A DNA stretch of 64,000 nt, taken from positions 63,240,001 through 63,304,000 of the forward strand of contig OZ024744.1 of NCBI GenBank assembly GCA_964016885.1, given 5' to 3'. This document shows, piece after piece, positions 13,565 to 25,527 of the stretch. The notes beneath the pieces are model-generated. The model saw only the letters and a program-made list of their open reading frames with translations. It was not told where the DNA came from and did not search any database. This DNA comes from Eledone cirrhosa (taxonomy: Eukaryota). The position numbers and the translations under genes are program-made. Each line of letters starts with the position of its first letter. The stretch's first letter is position 1.

Positions 13565-14269
13565 GTTAGTTTAATCATCATCATCATCACTGCTTTATAT
13601 TTGTTTTCCAGAGTAGTGTAGGTTACTCAGGTTGTCAATATAGAGACTAGGCAGGCCAGGTGACCACGTCTTGGTCAGATGGTCCATTTTGGCATGGGTT
13701 CTACAGCTGGATACCCCTTCCTAATGCCAGCCATTTTAAAGTATGTATTTTTTTGTGTACCAGTACTACCACTTTACGTGTACTAGGTGTCTTTTATATT
13801 AGTACTAACACTTAACAAAGTTAATTAGATATATTTTATCATGGCACCAATACTACCACATTACAAAATGGGCTCAGTGGATAGTATCATAGCAACACAA
13901 CTACTTGATAGTGGGCTGAGTGGATTTTGTTGTGGCACCAACACTTACTTTACTGTGTGAACTTGGTGTATTTTATCATGGCACCAGCACTTTCACTTTA
14001 AAAAGTTTTTAGTTAAAGCTTTGGATTCAAAATCATAAGGTTATGAATTTGATTTCCAGGCTGGACAGTCCATTGTCTGTGAGCAAGATACTTTTTGTGT
14101 AACTCCAGTTCACTTTGTTGCAAATGGGTTCCAAAGTCACTGGAGCCAAGGGATGTAAATGGATGTTTATAGGATCTTTCTGATACCTTTCAGACTTTAC
14201 CATTCCACTAGTTCCTAAACTCCATGTCTATCACTTGTTAAACAAATATTTTTTATTTTATTCTTGCAG

Positions 14270-14305
14270 ATATTCTGGTGAAGAAAAAGAAAGCGAAAGA
14301 TAATG
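14270..14305 (+). CDS. Micro-exon 12 (36 nt): (D)ILVKKKKAKDN
   Basis: cttgcAG / GTTAGT; phase 1 open. Confidence 0.75.
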
Positions 14306-14972
14306 GTTAGTTTACAAAGTCATCATCATCATCATCAATGCTTTATATTTGTTTTCCACAGTGGAGTAGGTTGGTCTGGTTATCACATTCTGAGACTAGG
14401 CAGGCTAGATGTCCGTCTTGGTAAGATGTTCCAATTTGGCAGTTTCTAAAGCTGGATGTCCCTTCCTAATGCCAAGCATTTTAAAGTGTGTATTTTATCA
14501 TGGCACCATCATTACCTCATTACAAAGTGGACTAAGTTGATATTATCAAAGCAGCACAATTACTTGATAGAATGAGCTGAGTGTATTTTGTTGTGGGACC
14601 AACTCTATTACTTTACTGAATGAATAAGGTGTATTTTATAATGCCACCAGCACTTCCACTAAACAGTGGATTAGGTAAAGCATTGGATTCAAAATCATGA
14701 TGTTATGAATTTGATTCCCAGGCTGGGCAGTGCATTGTCTGTGAGCAAGATACTTTACTTCGTTTTACTCCAGTTCACTCTGCTGGAAATGTGTTCTGAC
14801 ACCACTGGAGCCAAGTGATATAGATGGTGGTTTTAGCATCTTTACAATCAATCAGGCGGTGGCTTGCTTTGGCTTCACCAGTCTCCACCTTGCTTGCCTT
14901 AGCATCGTACAGATTTTACCGTTCCCCATTTCTATCACTGTTAATGAAATATTTTTTATTTTATTCTTGCAG

Positions 14973-15011
14973 ATATTCTGGTGAAAAAAAAGAAGAAAGT
15001 GAAAGATAATG
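14973..15011 (+). CDS. Micro-exon 13 (39 nt): (D)ILVKKKKKVKDN
   Basis: cttgcAG / GTTAGT; phase 1 open. Confidence 0.75.
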
Positions 15012-15766
15012 GTTAGTTTAATCATCATCATCATCACTGCTTTATATTTGTTTTCTAGAGTAGTGTAGGTTGGTCAGGTTGTCAATATAGAGACTAGGCA
15101 GGCCAGGTGACCACGTCTTGGTCAGATGGTCCATTTTGGCATGGGTTCTACAGCTGGATGCCCCTTCCTAATGCCAACCATTTTAAAGTATGTATTTTTT
15201 TGTGGTACCAGTACTACCACCTTACGTGTACTAGGTGTTTTTTATATTAGTACTAACACTTAACAAAGTTAATTAGATATATTTTATCATGCCACCAATA
15301 CTACCACATTATAAAATTGGCTCAGTGGATAGTATCATAGCAACACAACTACTTGATAGTGGGCTGAGTGGATTTTGTTGTGGCACCAACACTTACTTTA
15401 CTGTGTGAACTTGGTGTATTTTATTATGGCACCAGCACTTCCACTTTAAAAAGTGGACCTGGATAGATTTTATTGAGACATTAACATTACCACTTTACAG
15501 AGTTTTTAGTTAAAGCTTTGGATTCAAAATCATAAGGTTATGAATTTGATTTCCAGGCTGGACAGTCCATTGTCTGTGAGCAAGATACTTTTTGTGTAAC
15601 TCCAGTTCACTTTGCTGCAAATGGGTTCCAAAGTCACTGGAGCCAAGGGATGTAAATGGATGTTTATAGGATCTTTCTGATACCTTTCAGACTTTACCAT
15701 TCCAGTAGTTCCTAAACTCCATGTCTATCACTTGTTAAACAAATATTTTTTATTTTATTCTTGCAG

Positions 15767-15802
15767 ATATTCTAGTGAAGAAAAAGAAAGCGAAAGATAA
15801 TG
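15767..15802 (+). CDS. Micro-exon 14 (36 nt): (D)ILVKKKKAKDN
   Basis: cttgcAG / GTTAGT; phase 1 open. Confidence 0.75.
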
Positions 15803-15816
15803 GTTAGTTTACAAAG

Positions 15817-15870
<54 letters not shown>

Positions 15871-16452
15871 ATGCTTTATATTTGTTTTCCACAGTGGAGT
15901 AGGTTGGTCAGGTTGTCACATCCTGAGACTAGGCAGGCCAGATGTCTGTCTTGTCAGATGGTCCATTTTGGCATGCATTCTACAGCTTAATGTCTTAATG
16001 CCAACCATTTTATAGTGTGTATTATATTGTGGTACCAGCACTACCACTTTTCACAGCGAACTGGGTGTATTTTATCATGGCTCCAGCGCTACCACTTTAC
16101 AGTGAACATTGGGTGTGTTTTATTGTGCACCAGCTCTACCACTTTACAGAGGGAACCAAGTACATTTTATTGTGGCACCAGTTGTAACACCTTACAGATT
16201 AGGCTGAGTGGTTATTATTGTGAAACTAGCTTTTGGGAGGTTGTTGGTCATTCACTCAACTGAAGAACTCTTACTACCCGATGGTTGGATGATTGGAAAT
16301 TGAAGTGTTCCCTACTATTTAGTTTCTCTCAGGGATGTAGATGGAGGTTTATAGTATCTTTCCAACTGATACCTTCCAGATTTTACCATTCCTCTAGTTC
16401 CTAAAACCCATTTCTATCACTCTTAATCAAATATTTTTAAATTTTATTTCAG

Positions 16453-16485
16453 GTATTCTGGTGAAAAAAAAGGAGAAAGGCAATG
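16453..16485 (+). CDS. Micro-exon 15 (33 nt): (G)ILVKKKEKGN
   Basis: tttcAG / GTTAGT; phase 1 open. Confidence 0.75.
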
Positions 16486-17184
16486 GTTAGTTACAAAGAC
16501 ATCAGCATCATCAGTTTTATATTTGTTTTCCACAGTGGTGTAGGTTGGTCAGGTTGTCACTAGGCAGGTCAGATGACCATATCTTGCTCAGATGTTCCAT
16601 TTTGGCATCGTTTCTACAGCTGGGTGTCTTCTTAATGCCAACCATTTTACAGTGTGTACTTTGAGCATTTTATTGTGGCACCTACACTACCACTTAACAA
16701 TGTTAACTGGGTATGTTTTATCATGGCACCAGCGCTACCACATTACAAGTGGGCAAAGTGTATATGATCATGACAGAACAAATACTTGATAAAGTGGGTT
16801 GAGTGGATTTTGTTGTGGCACCAACACTACCATTTTACTGTGTAAACTAGGTGCAGTTTATCATGGCACCAGCACTTCCACATTAAAAAGTGGATCTGGA
16901 TGGATTTTATTGTGATACTATTGCCACTTACAGAGTGGATTAGTTAAAGCATTGGATTCAAAATCATAAGGACTAGGCAGTTCCTTGTCTGAGTAAGACA
17001 CTTATTTTATGTTGCTCCAGTTCGCTGAGCTGGAAATGAGTTCTGATGTTGCTAGTGTCACAGGATGTAGATGGCGGTTTATAGCTTCTTTCCAGTTTTT
17101 ATCTTCCAGATTTTACCATTCCCCTAGTTTCTAAACCCCATTTCTATCGTTGTTAACTAAATATTTTTTATTTTATTCTTGCAG

Positions 17185-17217
17185 GTATTCTGGTGAAGAT
17201 AAAGAAGAAAGGTAAAA
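17185..17217 (+). CDS. Micro-exon 16 (33 nt; an alternative in-frame donor would give 27 nt ending 17211): (G)ILVKIKKKGK
   Basis: cttgcAG / GTTAGT at 17218 (or GTAAAA at 17212); both keep phase 1. Confidence 0.72.
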
Positions 17218-17232
17218 GTTAGTTTACAAAGA

Positions 17233-17268
<36 letters not shown>

Positions 17269-17761
17269 TATTTTATATTTGTTTTCCAGTGGTGTAGGTT
17301 GGTCAGGTTGTTGCCTACTGAGACTAGGCAGGCCAGATGACTTTAGATGTTCTATTTTGGCATGGTTTCTACAGCTGGACGCCATTTCTAATGCCAACCA
17401 TTTTAAAGTGTTTACTTTCTGCATTTTGTGACACCAGCACAACCACTTAACAGTGTAAACCTTATACATTTTATTGTGGCACCAGTATTACCACTTTAAA
17501 GGTTAGACTGAGTGTTTATTATTGTGGCACTGGCCTTAGGGAGGTTGTAGGATTTTTGTTCAACTGAAGAACTCTCTTTACCCTATGATGTGATGATTGT
17601 TGGGGGAAATTGAGGTGTTCCCTACTTTTTAATTTCTCTCAGGGATGTAGATGTAGGTTTATAACATCTTTCTGGCCTATACCTTCTAGATTTTAGCATT
17701 CCCCTAGTTTTTAAACCCCATTTCTATCTCTGTTAAAGAAATATTTATTTTATTATTGCAG

Positions 17762-17800
17762 GTATTCTGGTGAAGAAAAAAAAGAAAGCGAGAAATAAAA
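17762..17800 (+). CDS. Micro-exon 17 (39 nt): (S)ILVKKKKKARNK
   Basis: ttgcAG / GTTAGT; phase 1 open; last unit of the array. Confidence 0.75.
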
Positions 17801-20233
17801 GTTAGTTTACTTTCTGTTATTTCATTCACTTTTTTTTTATGTTGCCCATCCATAGGTTCCATTTGCTGAAATTTATTTGCCTGCCTTTATCTTCCTTATA
17901 CATCACATGTCCATACCAACACAATCTTATTCCTGTTATGAGTTTTTCTCTCAACTCATTTATACTATGTCATCCATGACACTAACATTACACAGACACT
18001 AGAGCATATTAACCTCATTTCTTTGTAGCCTTCTCTGGTATTCTGCAATCATGTCTCACTGCCAAGTAGCATTGCATCTGACTAGCTTGTAACCTACCAT
18101 GCCAGATGTTTTTATCATCTTAGCCACTATACCTGACGGTCAAACTTTCATGTTCTTAGTCACTTAGTCAATCACAATATCAACTTTTATGACTTGTTCC
18201 TCAGTTGGATCTGCTTCAAAGGGAATATGGTAGTTATATTACTAAATCCCTCCAAGTTCTTGCTTATTTTCAAAATTATAGGCAATGTCTTCCTTTAGAA
18301 ATACAGTAACAAAAGGATAATTTATTTATGTGGCTATTTTTCATTTTCAAGATAAAAATCCCTCTAAACATAATGTTTTTATTTGTAGTCCTTTTTACTT
18401 TTCATTTTCTTTTTTCAGTCAAAAATGAAAAAATGAGCTTATTTTCTGAAAAATTAGATTAGGTCGTCAAACTGTAATCTATATATAAATTTGAGCAACT
18501 CATGTCCGTCTTTTCATCACACACTAGAGGTGACTGAGGAACTAAGGTATGATGGCAAACTACACAAAACACAATCTAACGTTCACTACACTTGTGTGTA
18601 CAATCTACACATACACATATACACGTACGTGTCAGCATGTTGAAAAAATTCTAGTGCATTAATCGCCCAATAACTTATTGAACTCTGTCATTTATCGCCA
18701 TGAAAACCAGGATAAGCACCGACCTGATGGGCCTCCACACTCAAGACACTTTAGAGTCACTTCAGCCTATATGAACAATAACTTAGCATCATTTATGTAT
18801 TAATTAGCTAACTGTTTCGTTTGCTTGTTTCTCTTTTTACACCGTCATTTCTGCCTGTGGACATGTGGCTTTTTCTTTCTCCTCTCTCTTACATGTATAC
18901 TAGGGAAATACTTTGTGTATATATAGATATGACTTTTGCAACTACATGATGTTTAATACTCATTGTATCAATTGCTTTTTCTTAAACTACTGAGACACAC
19001 ACACACTCGTTCTCGCACCTTTGTATTGGCCAATCAGTAAACAATGATGCAATTGGGTACAAGCACTCAATGACATGCGTACCCTTCCAAATGCAATTTG
19101 GTAACCAATGACAGTATCATCATCACCGTTTAACATCCATTTTTCCATGCTGGCATGGGTTAGACAAGTTGTTCAGTTGTGAGCAATTCTCATACAGAAC
19201 CGATTTTGGGCTTGGTTTCTACAACTGGAGGCCCTTTCTAGCACCAACCTCATTTACAGTGAGGACTGGGTACTTTTTGCCGTGACACCTACATGACCAC
19301 TTTAGTGTGGGCTATGTGTGGTAATGATAATTGTGAAGGCCCGATGTATAAAGGGATGGACTACAAAAGAAGAAACATTGCTGTCTGACCCCTTATTTGT
19401 AGCCTTCATCGAGTTAGGAATGTTATACAACAACTTTATTTCTTAAGATGCTGTCTGATGAAGACATGGTGGTGGTTGTGTAATGACTGCATTACATAAT
19501 CATGAATGCCACAGAAATATGTATTATGGCAGATTTTAATTAATATTTGAATTGTGAATATCTACATCTAGCCTTCACAATTATCATTGTGTGTATGTGC
19601 ATATATCCATATATCCGTGTGTGTGTGTGTATATATATATATCATCATTTAAAGTCCATCTTCCACGCCAGCATGGGTTGGACGGTTTTGTCCCACTTGA
19701 GGCAAGATTGGTCTGGTGACCATGTCTCACTCGCACAGAACTGTTTCTGGCAGGTTTTCTACAGCTGAATGCCCTTCCTAACACCAACCACATTTACAGT
19801 GTGGCCTGGGATCCTTTTTACTATCTCCTATACAACCACTTTACAGTGTGGACTCGGTGCTTTTTATCGTGTCACCTACACACACACACATAGCTTCTGC
19901 ATAGTTGCCAACTACCAAATTTCACTCACCTGACATTGATCAGCTTAAAGCTATGGTAAAAAACACTTGCCCAAGATGCCAGACACTGAGAATGAATCCC
20001 AAACCATATGGACCTCCTTAACTCCACAGCCATGTCTGTGCCTTTTATATTAAAAAAAAAAACAACTTTTCTCAATGTTGGCAATAGAAAATTTGTATTA
20101 AAATTTTAGCAAAAAGTTTAAAAGTAATTTAATGTATATATATATATCCTTCTATTCTTTTAATCCATTCCAGCCCATTGGCTGTGGCCATGCTGGGGCA
20201 CTGAAATTAATTTTTTTCTTTTTTCTTTTTCAG

Positions 20234-20271
20234 CCAATGAAGTTGCTGACAGAAATGGTTATTTGAATTGA
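20234..20271 (+). CDS. Candidate terminal coding exon: (T)NEVADRNGYLN-stop (alternative candidate 18419-18462, (I)KNEKMSLFSEKLD-stop)
   Basis: Strong pyrimidine tract + CAG acceptor (20231-20233); phase-1 frame open to TGA; AT-rich sequence with AATAAA motifs downstream. Confidence 0.35.
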
Positions 20272-21199
20272 ATTTTCTGGATTACTTTTAAGGACATTCC
20301 TCCAAGACAACTGATTAAATTATTAATCAAATGTTGATTAGGATTAAACCCAGAGTATTATTATTTTTAAGAAGTAAAAGAAAGAATTTACTTATATTAT
20401 CTAATTTTGGTTTAATTATTTGTCTGTTATTGAGAATTAAGGCAATGAAATGGCAGCCATTAGAATATTGGATAGAATGCTTTGCAGTGTTTTTTCCAGC
20501 TCCCTGTACTCTGCATTCAAATCCTGCTGAGGTCAAATTTTCCCTTTCATTCTTTCAAGGTAGATAAAGTACCAGTTCAATACTGGGGTTGATTCCTTCT
20601 CTATAGCCTTTTCTCATGTCACTTTCACTTTCTTTGGAAAAATTGAGTTTTTTACCTAGAAAGGGATGGAGACTGCCCAAGTATGTTAAAGACTATGGCA
20701 GTGTTATTATTAAAAATTAATTTTTAAACAAATATATCTTCCAGAAAGGCAACTTAATTCTATATTTAAAAACAATATATATATATAAAGCCACACCTCA
20801 TTTAGTGACCAAGTTCTATTCTACTGACGAAATGAATTAGTCAGTAAATAAACTCCAACTTAACAATCTGGTTAAGTTTCAATGACCTGATCACAATATT
20901 TTCATGTCACTCAATGTTGGTTAGAGATCCATGAGAGTTTGAAATGTTACCAAGTACTAGTTTCATATTAAATTGATTATTTGAATCAAGAAATTTATTA
21001 AGGTCTGATGGAAACACTAAGAGTTTTGTAAAATTTACAGTTACTAAGATAAACATAAAAAAAAAATGTTTAGAAGCAAAAAAGGATTTACTAAATACAG
21101 CAGTATATAACAATATATTACATGACACAAATATTTGTACACAAAATATTTCTAGTTATAATTATGAAGGGTCATTAAACAAGGTAACTGTTGAGAAGT

Positions 21200-21695
21200 G
21201 GCGCAAATTTGAGTTGTAATACACTGGCTCAAATTTGAGTTGTAATACACTGGCTCAAATTTGAGTTGTAATACACTGGCTCAAATTTGATTTGTAATAC
21301 ACTGGCTCAAATTTGAGTTGTAATACGCTGGCTCAAATTTGAGTTGTAATACACTGGCTCAAATTCGAGTTGTAATACACTGGTGCAAATTTGAGTTGTA
21401 ATACACTGGTGCAAATTTGAGTTGTAATACACTGGTGCAAATTTGAGTTGTAATACACTGGTGCAAATTTGAGTTGTAATACACTGGCTCAAATTTGAGT
21501 TGTAATACACTGGCTCAAATTTGAGTTGTAATACACTGGCTCAAATTTGAGTTGTAATACGCTGGCTCAAATTTAAGTTGTAATACGCTGGCTCAAATTT
21601 AAGTTGTAATACGCTGGCTCAAATTTAAGTTGTAATATGCTGGCTGAAATGTGAGTTGTAAAATACTGGCTCAAATTTGAGTTGTAATATACAGA
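21200..21695. repeat. 26-bp minisatellite (~19 copies), ctggctcaaatttgagttgtaataca
   Basis: Direct period-26 repetition; unit contains the palindrome CTCAAATTTGAG. Confidence 0.97.
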
Positions 21696-22329
21696 CAGTG
21701 CTTTCGTATATGTATATATTTTTTTTTTTTTTCCTCAAAATTTAAGAGTTGGTAGATAAGTGGGTGGGTGAGATATTTCATATATTTACCAACTTATTAA
21801 TATTTTTTATACTTCACATGTTCTCATGTATTAAATAAAATACTGTATGTAATGCTTGGTTTTTACAAACATTACATACAACAGCAGTTTGTATCATACC
21901 AATGAATGGATTGGTACTTTTCATTGAGTTTTTGAAAACTCCATGTTTTGCATTCAAGACAATTTATTGTAATAAAAATCAAATGGCAAATTACATTTAA
22001 TCTTACTCAGTCTATTTTTTTTATGGGAGAGGCAATGGCTTGCTTGTTTCTATCATCATCATCATCACTGTTTAACGATTATTTTCTATGCTTGAATGTG
22101 TTAAATGGATGTTGCATGCTGAGACTAGACTAATCAGGTGACTGGGTCCTGCTCATAGGCTTTTTTTTGGCATGGCTTTTATGGCTGGATTCCCTTCCTA
22201 ACACCAACCACTTTACAAAATGTATTGGGGGCATTTTATCGTGACTCCAACACTACCAATTTACTGGAGGGGTTCGGTGCTTTTTATCATGGTACCAGCA
22301 CTATCACTGGAGGTGTTGTTTGGGCTAAT

Positions 22330-25300
22330 TCTTACATATATGGAGGGCGAGTTGTTCCATATCTTTCATATATAGATGGAGGCGTGTTTATTCTGTCTTA
22401 CATATGTGGAGAGGTGTTGTACTATGTCTTACATATATGGGGAAGTTGTTGCTCCATAACTTACATATATGGGGGGGGGGGTTCTTCTGTAGCTCACATT
22501 TATGGGGCAGGTGCTGTTCTATATCTTACATTAATGGGGAGGTATTGCTCCATAACTTGCATATACAGAGGAGGTATTACTCCATAACTTACATATACAG
22601 AGGAGGTATTGCTCCATAACTTACATATACAGGAGAGTTGTTGCTTCATAACTTACATATACAGAGGAGGTATTACTCCATAACTTACATATACAGAGGA
22701 GGTATTGCTCCATAACTTACATATACAGAGGAGGTATTGCTCCATAACTTACATATACAGAGGAGGTATTACTCCATAACTTACATATACAGAGGAGGTA
22801 TTACTCCATAACTTACATATACAGAGGAGGTATTGCTCCATAACTTACATATACAGGAGAGTTGTTGCTTCATAACTTACATATACAGAGGAGGTATTAC
22901 TCCATAACTTACATATACAGAGGAGGTATTGCTCCATAACTTACATATACAGAGGAGGTATTACTCCATAACTTACATATACAGAGGAGGTATTACTCCA
23001 TAACTTACATATACAGAGGAGGTATTACTCCATAACTTACATATACAGAGGAGGTATTGCTCCATAACTTACATATACAGAGGAGGTATTGCTCCATAAC
23101 TTGCATATACAGAGGAGGTATTACTCCATAACTTACATATACAGAGGAGGTATTGCTCCATAACTTGCATATACAGAGGAGGTATTACTCCATAACTTAC
23201 ATATACAGAGGAGGTATTGCTCCATAACTTGCATATACAGAGGAGGTATTACTCCATAACTTACATATACAGAGGAGGTATTGCTCCATAACTTACATAT
23301 ACAGAGGAGGTATTGCTCCATAACTTGCATATACAGAGGAGGTATTACTCCATAACTTACATATACAGAGGAGGTATTGCTCCATAACTTACATATACAG
23401 AGGAGGTATTACTCCATAACTTACATATACAGAGGAGGTATTGCTCCATAACTTGCATATACAGAGGAGGTATTACTCCATAACTTACATATACAGAGGA
23501 GGTATTGCTCCATAACTTACATATACAGAGGAGGTATTGCTCCATAACTTACATATACAGAGGAGGTATTGCTCCATAACTTGCATATACAGAGGAGGTA
23601 TTACTCCATAACTTGCATATACAGTACAGAGGAGGTATTGCTCCATAACTTGCATATACAGGAGAGTTGTTGCTTCATAACTTACATATACAGAGGAGGT
23701 ATTACTCCATAACTTACATATACAGAGGAGGTATTGCTCCATAACTTACATATACAGAGGAGGTATTACTCCATAACTTACATATACAGAGGAGGTATTA
23801 CTCCATAACTTACATATACAGAGGAGGTATTGCTCCATAACTTACATATACAGAGGAGGTATTACTCCATAACTTACATATACAGAGGAGGTATTACTCC
23901 ATAACTTACATATACAGAGGAGGTATTACTCCATAACTTACATATACAGAGGAGGTATTGCTCCATAACTTACATATACAGAGGAGGTATTGCTCCATAA
24001 CTTACATATACAGAGGAGGTATTGCTCCATAACTTACATATACAGAGGAGGTATTGCTCCATAACTTACATATACAGAGGAGGTATTGCTCCATAACTTA
24101 CATATACAGAGGAGGTATTACTCCATAACTTACATATACAGAGGAGGTATTACTCCATAACTTACATATACAGAGGAGGTATTACTCCATAACTTACATA
24201 TACAGAGGAGGTATTACTCCATAACTTACATATACAGAGGAGGTATTGCTCCATAACTTACATATACAGGAGAGTTGTTGCTTCATAACTTACATATACA
24301 GAGGAGGTATTGCTCCATAACTTACATATACAGAGGAGGTATTGCTCCATAACTTACATATACAGAGGAGGTATTACTCCATAACTTACATATACAGAGG
24401 AGGTATTACTCCATAACTTACATATACAGAGGAGGTATTACTCCATAACTTGCATATACAGAGGAGGTATTACTCCATAACTTGCATATACAGAGGAGGT
24501 ATTACTCCATAACTTGCATATACAGAGGAGGTATTACTCCATAACTTGCATATACAGAGGAGGTATTGCTCCATAACTTGCATATACAGAGGAGGTATTG
24601 CTCCATAACTTACATATACAGAGGAGGTATTGCTCCATAACTTACATATACAGAGGAGGTATTGCTCCATAACTTACATATACAGAGGAGGTATTGCTCC
24701 ATAACTTACATATACAGAGGAGGTATTACTCCATAACTTACATATACAGAGGAGGTATTGCTCCATAACTTACATATACAGAGGAGGTATTGCTCCATAA
24801 CTTACATATACAGAGGAGGTATTACTCCATAACTTACATATACAGAGGAGGTATTACTCCATAACTTACATATACAGAGGAGGTATTGCTCCATAACTTA
24901 CATATACAGAGGAGGTATTGCTCCATAACTTACATATACAGAGGAGGTATTGCTCCATAACTTACATATACAGAGGAGGTATTGCTCCATAACTTACATA
25001 TACAGAGGAGGTATTGCTCCATAACTTACATATACAGAGGAGGTATTACTCCATAACTTACATATACAGGAGAGTTGTTGCTCCATAACTTACATATACA
25101 GAGGAGGTATTACTCCATAACTTGCATATACATAGGAGGTATTGCTCCATAACTTACATATACAGAGGAGGTATTGCTCCATAACTTACATATACAGAGG
25201 AGGTATTACTCCATAACTTGCATATACAGAGGAGGTATTACTCCATAACTTGCATATACAGAGGAGGTATTACTCCATAACTTACATATACAGAGGAGGT

Positions 25301-25400
25301 ATTGCTCCATAACTTACATATACAGAGGAGGTATTGCTCCATAACTTACATATACAGGAGAGTTGTTGCTTCATAACTTACATATACAAGGGAGGTTGTT
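22330..25400. repeat. 32-bp minisatellite (~90 copies), acagaggaggtattRctccataacttRcatat, with a degenerate 5' edge
   Basis: Direct period-32 repetition with A/G variants and an occasional ggagagttgttgcttc variant unit. Confidence 0.98.
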
Positions 25401-25527
25401 TGGTGCATTCCTTTCTTTGCGGAAGAGTTGCTTGGGGCTTTACTTATACATACTAGTAAAAAAACTGCCCTTTAGGCAGTTTTTCTGCTAGTATATGTAG
25501 TATGCATATTGATATTATACATAAATA

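Larger units (their letters stand above)
5560..17810 (+). repeat. Tandem array of 17 exon+intron units (~0.5-1.1 kb), with a ~1.44-1.5 kb dimeric higher-order repeat at ~10960-15830
   Basis: Recurrent block ctatcactgttaatgaaatattt...ttgcag-exon-gttagttt-(cat)n-tttatatttgttttcc; near-identical ORFs at 11935, 13377 and 14824. Confidence 0.95.

Noticed and set aside
11935-15037. Three repeated 61-aa ORF pairs as a small gene family
   Set aside because: They run through intron and acceptor sequence and read the micro-exons in the wrong (phase 2) frame; by-products of the tandem array
5692-17800. Reading the micro-exons as acidic YSGEEKE peptides (phase 2)
   Set aside because: In-frame TAA in exons 2, 4, 6 and others, and TG|A junction stops; only phase 1 stays open throughout
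21200-25400. CRISPR array
   Set aside because: Head-to-tail repeats with no unique spacers, no cas genes, eukaryotic context
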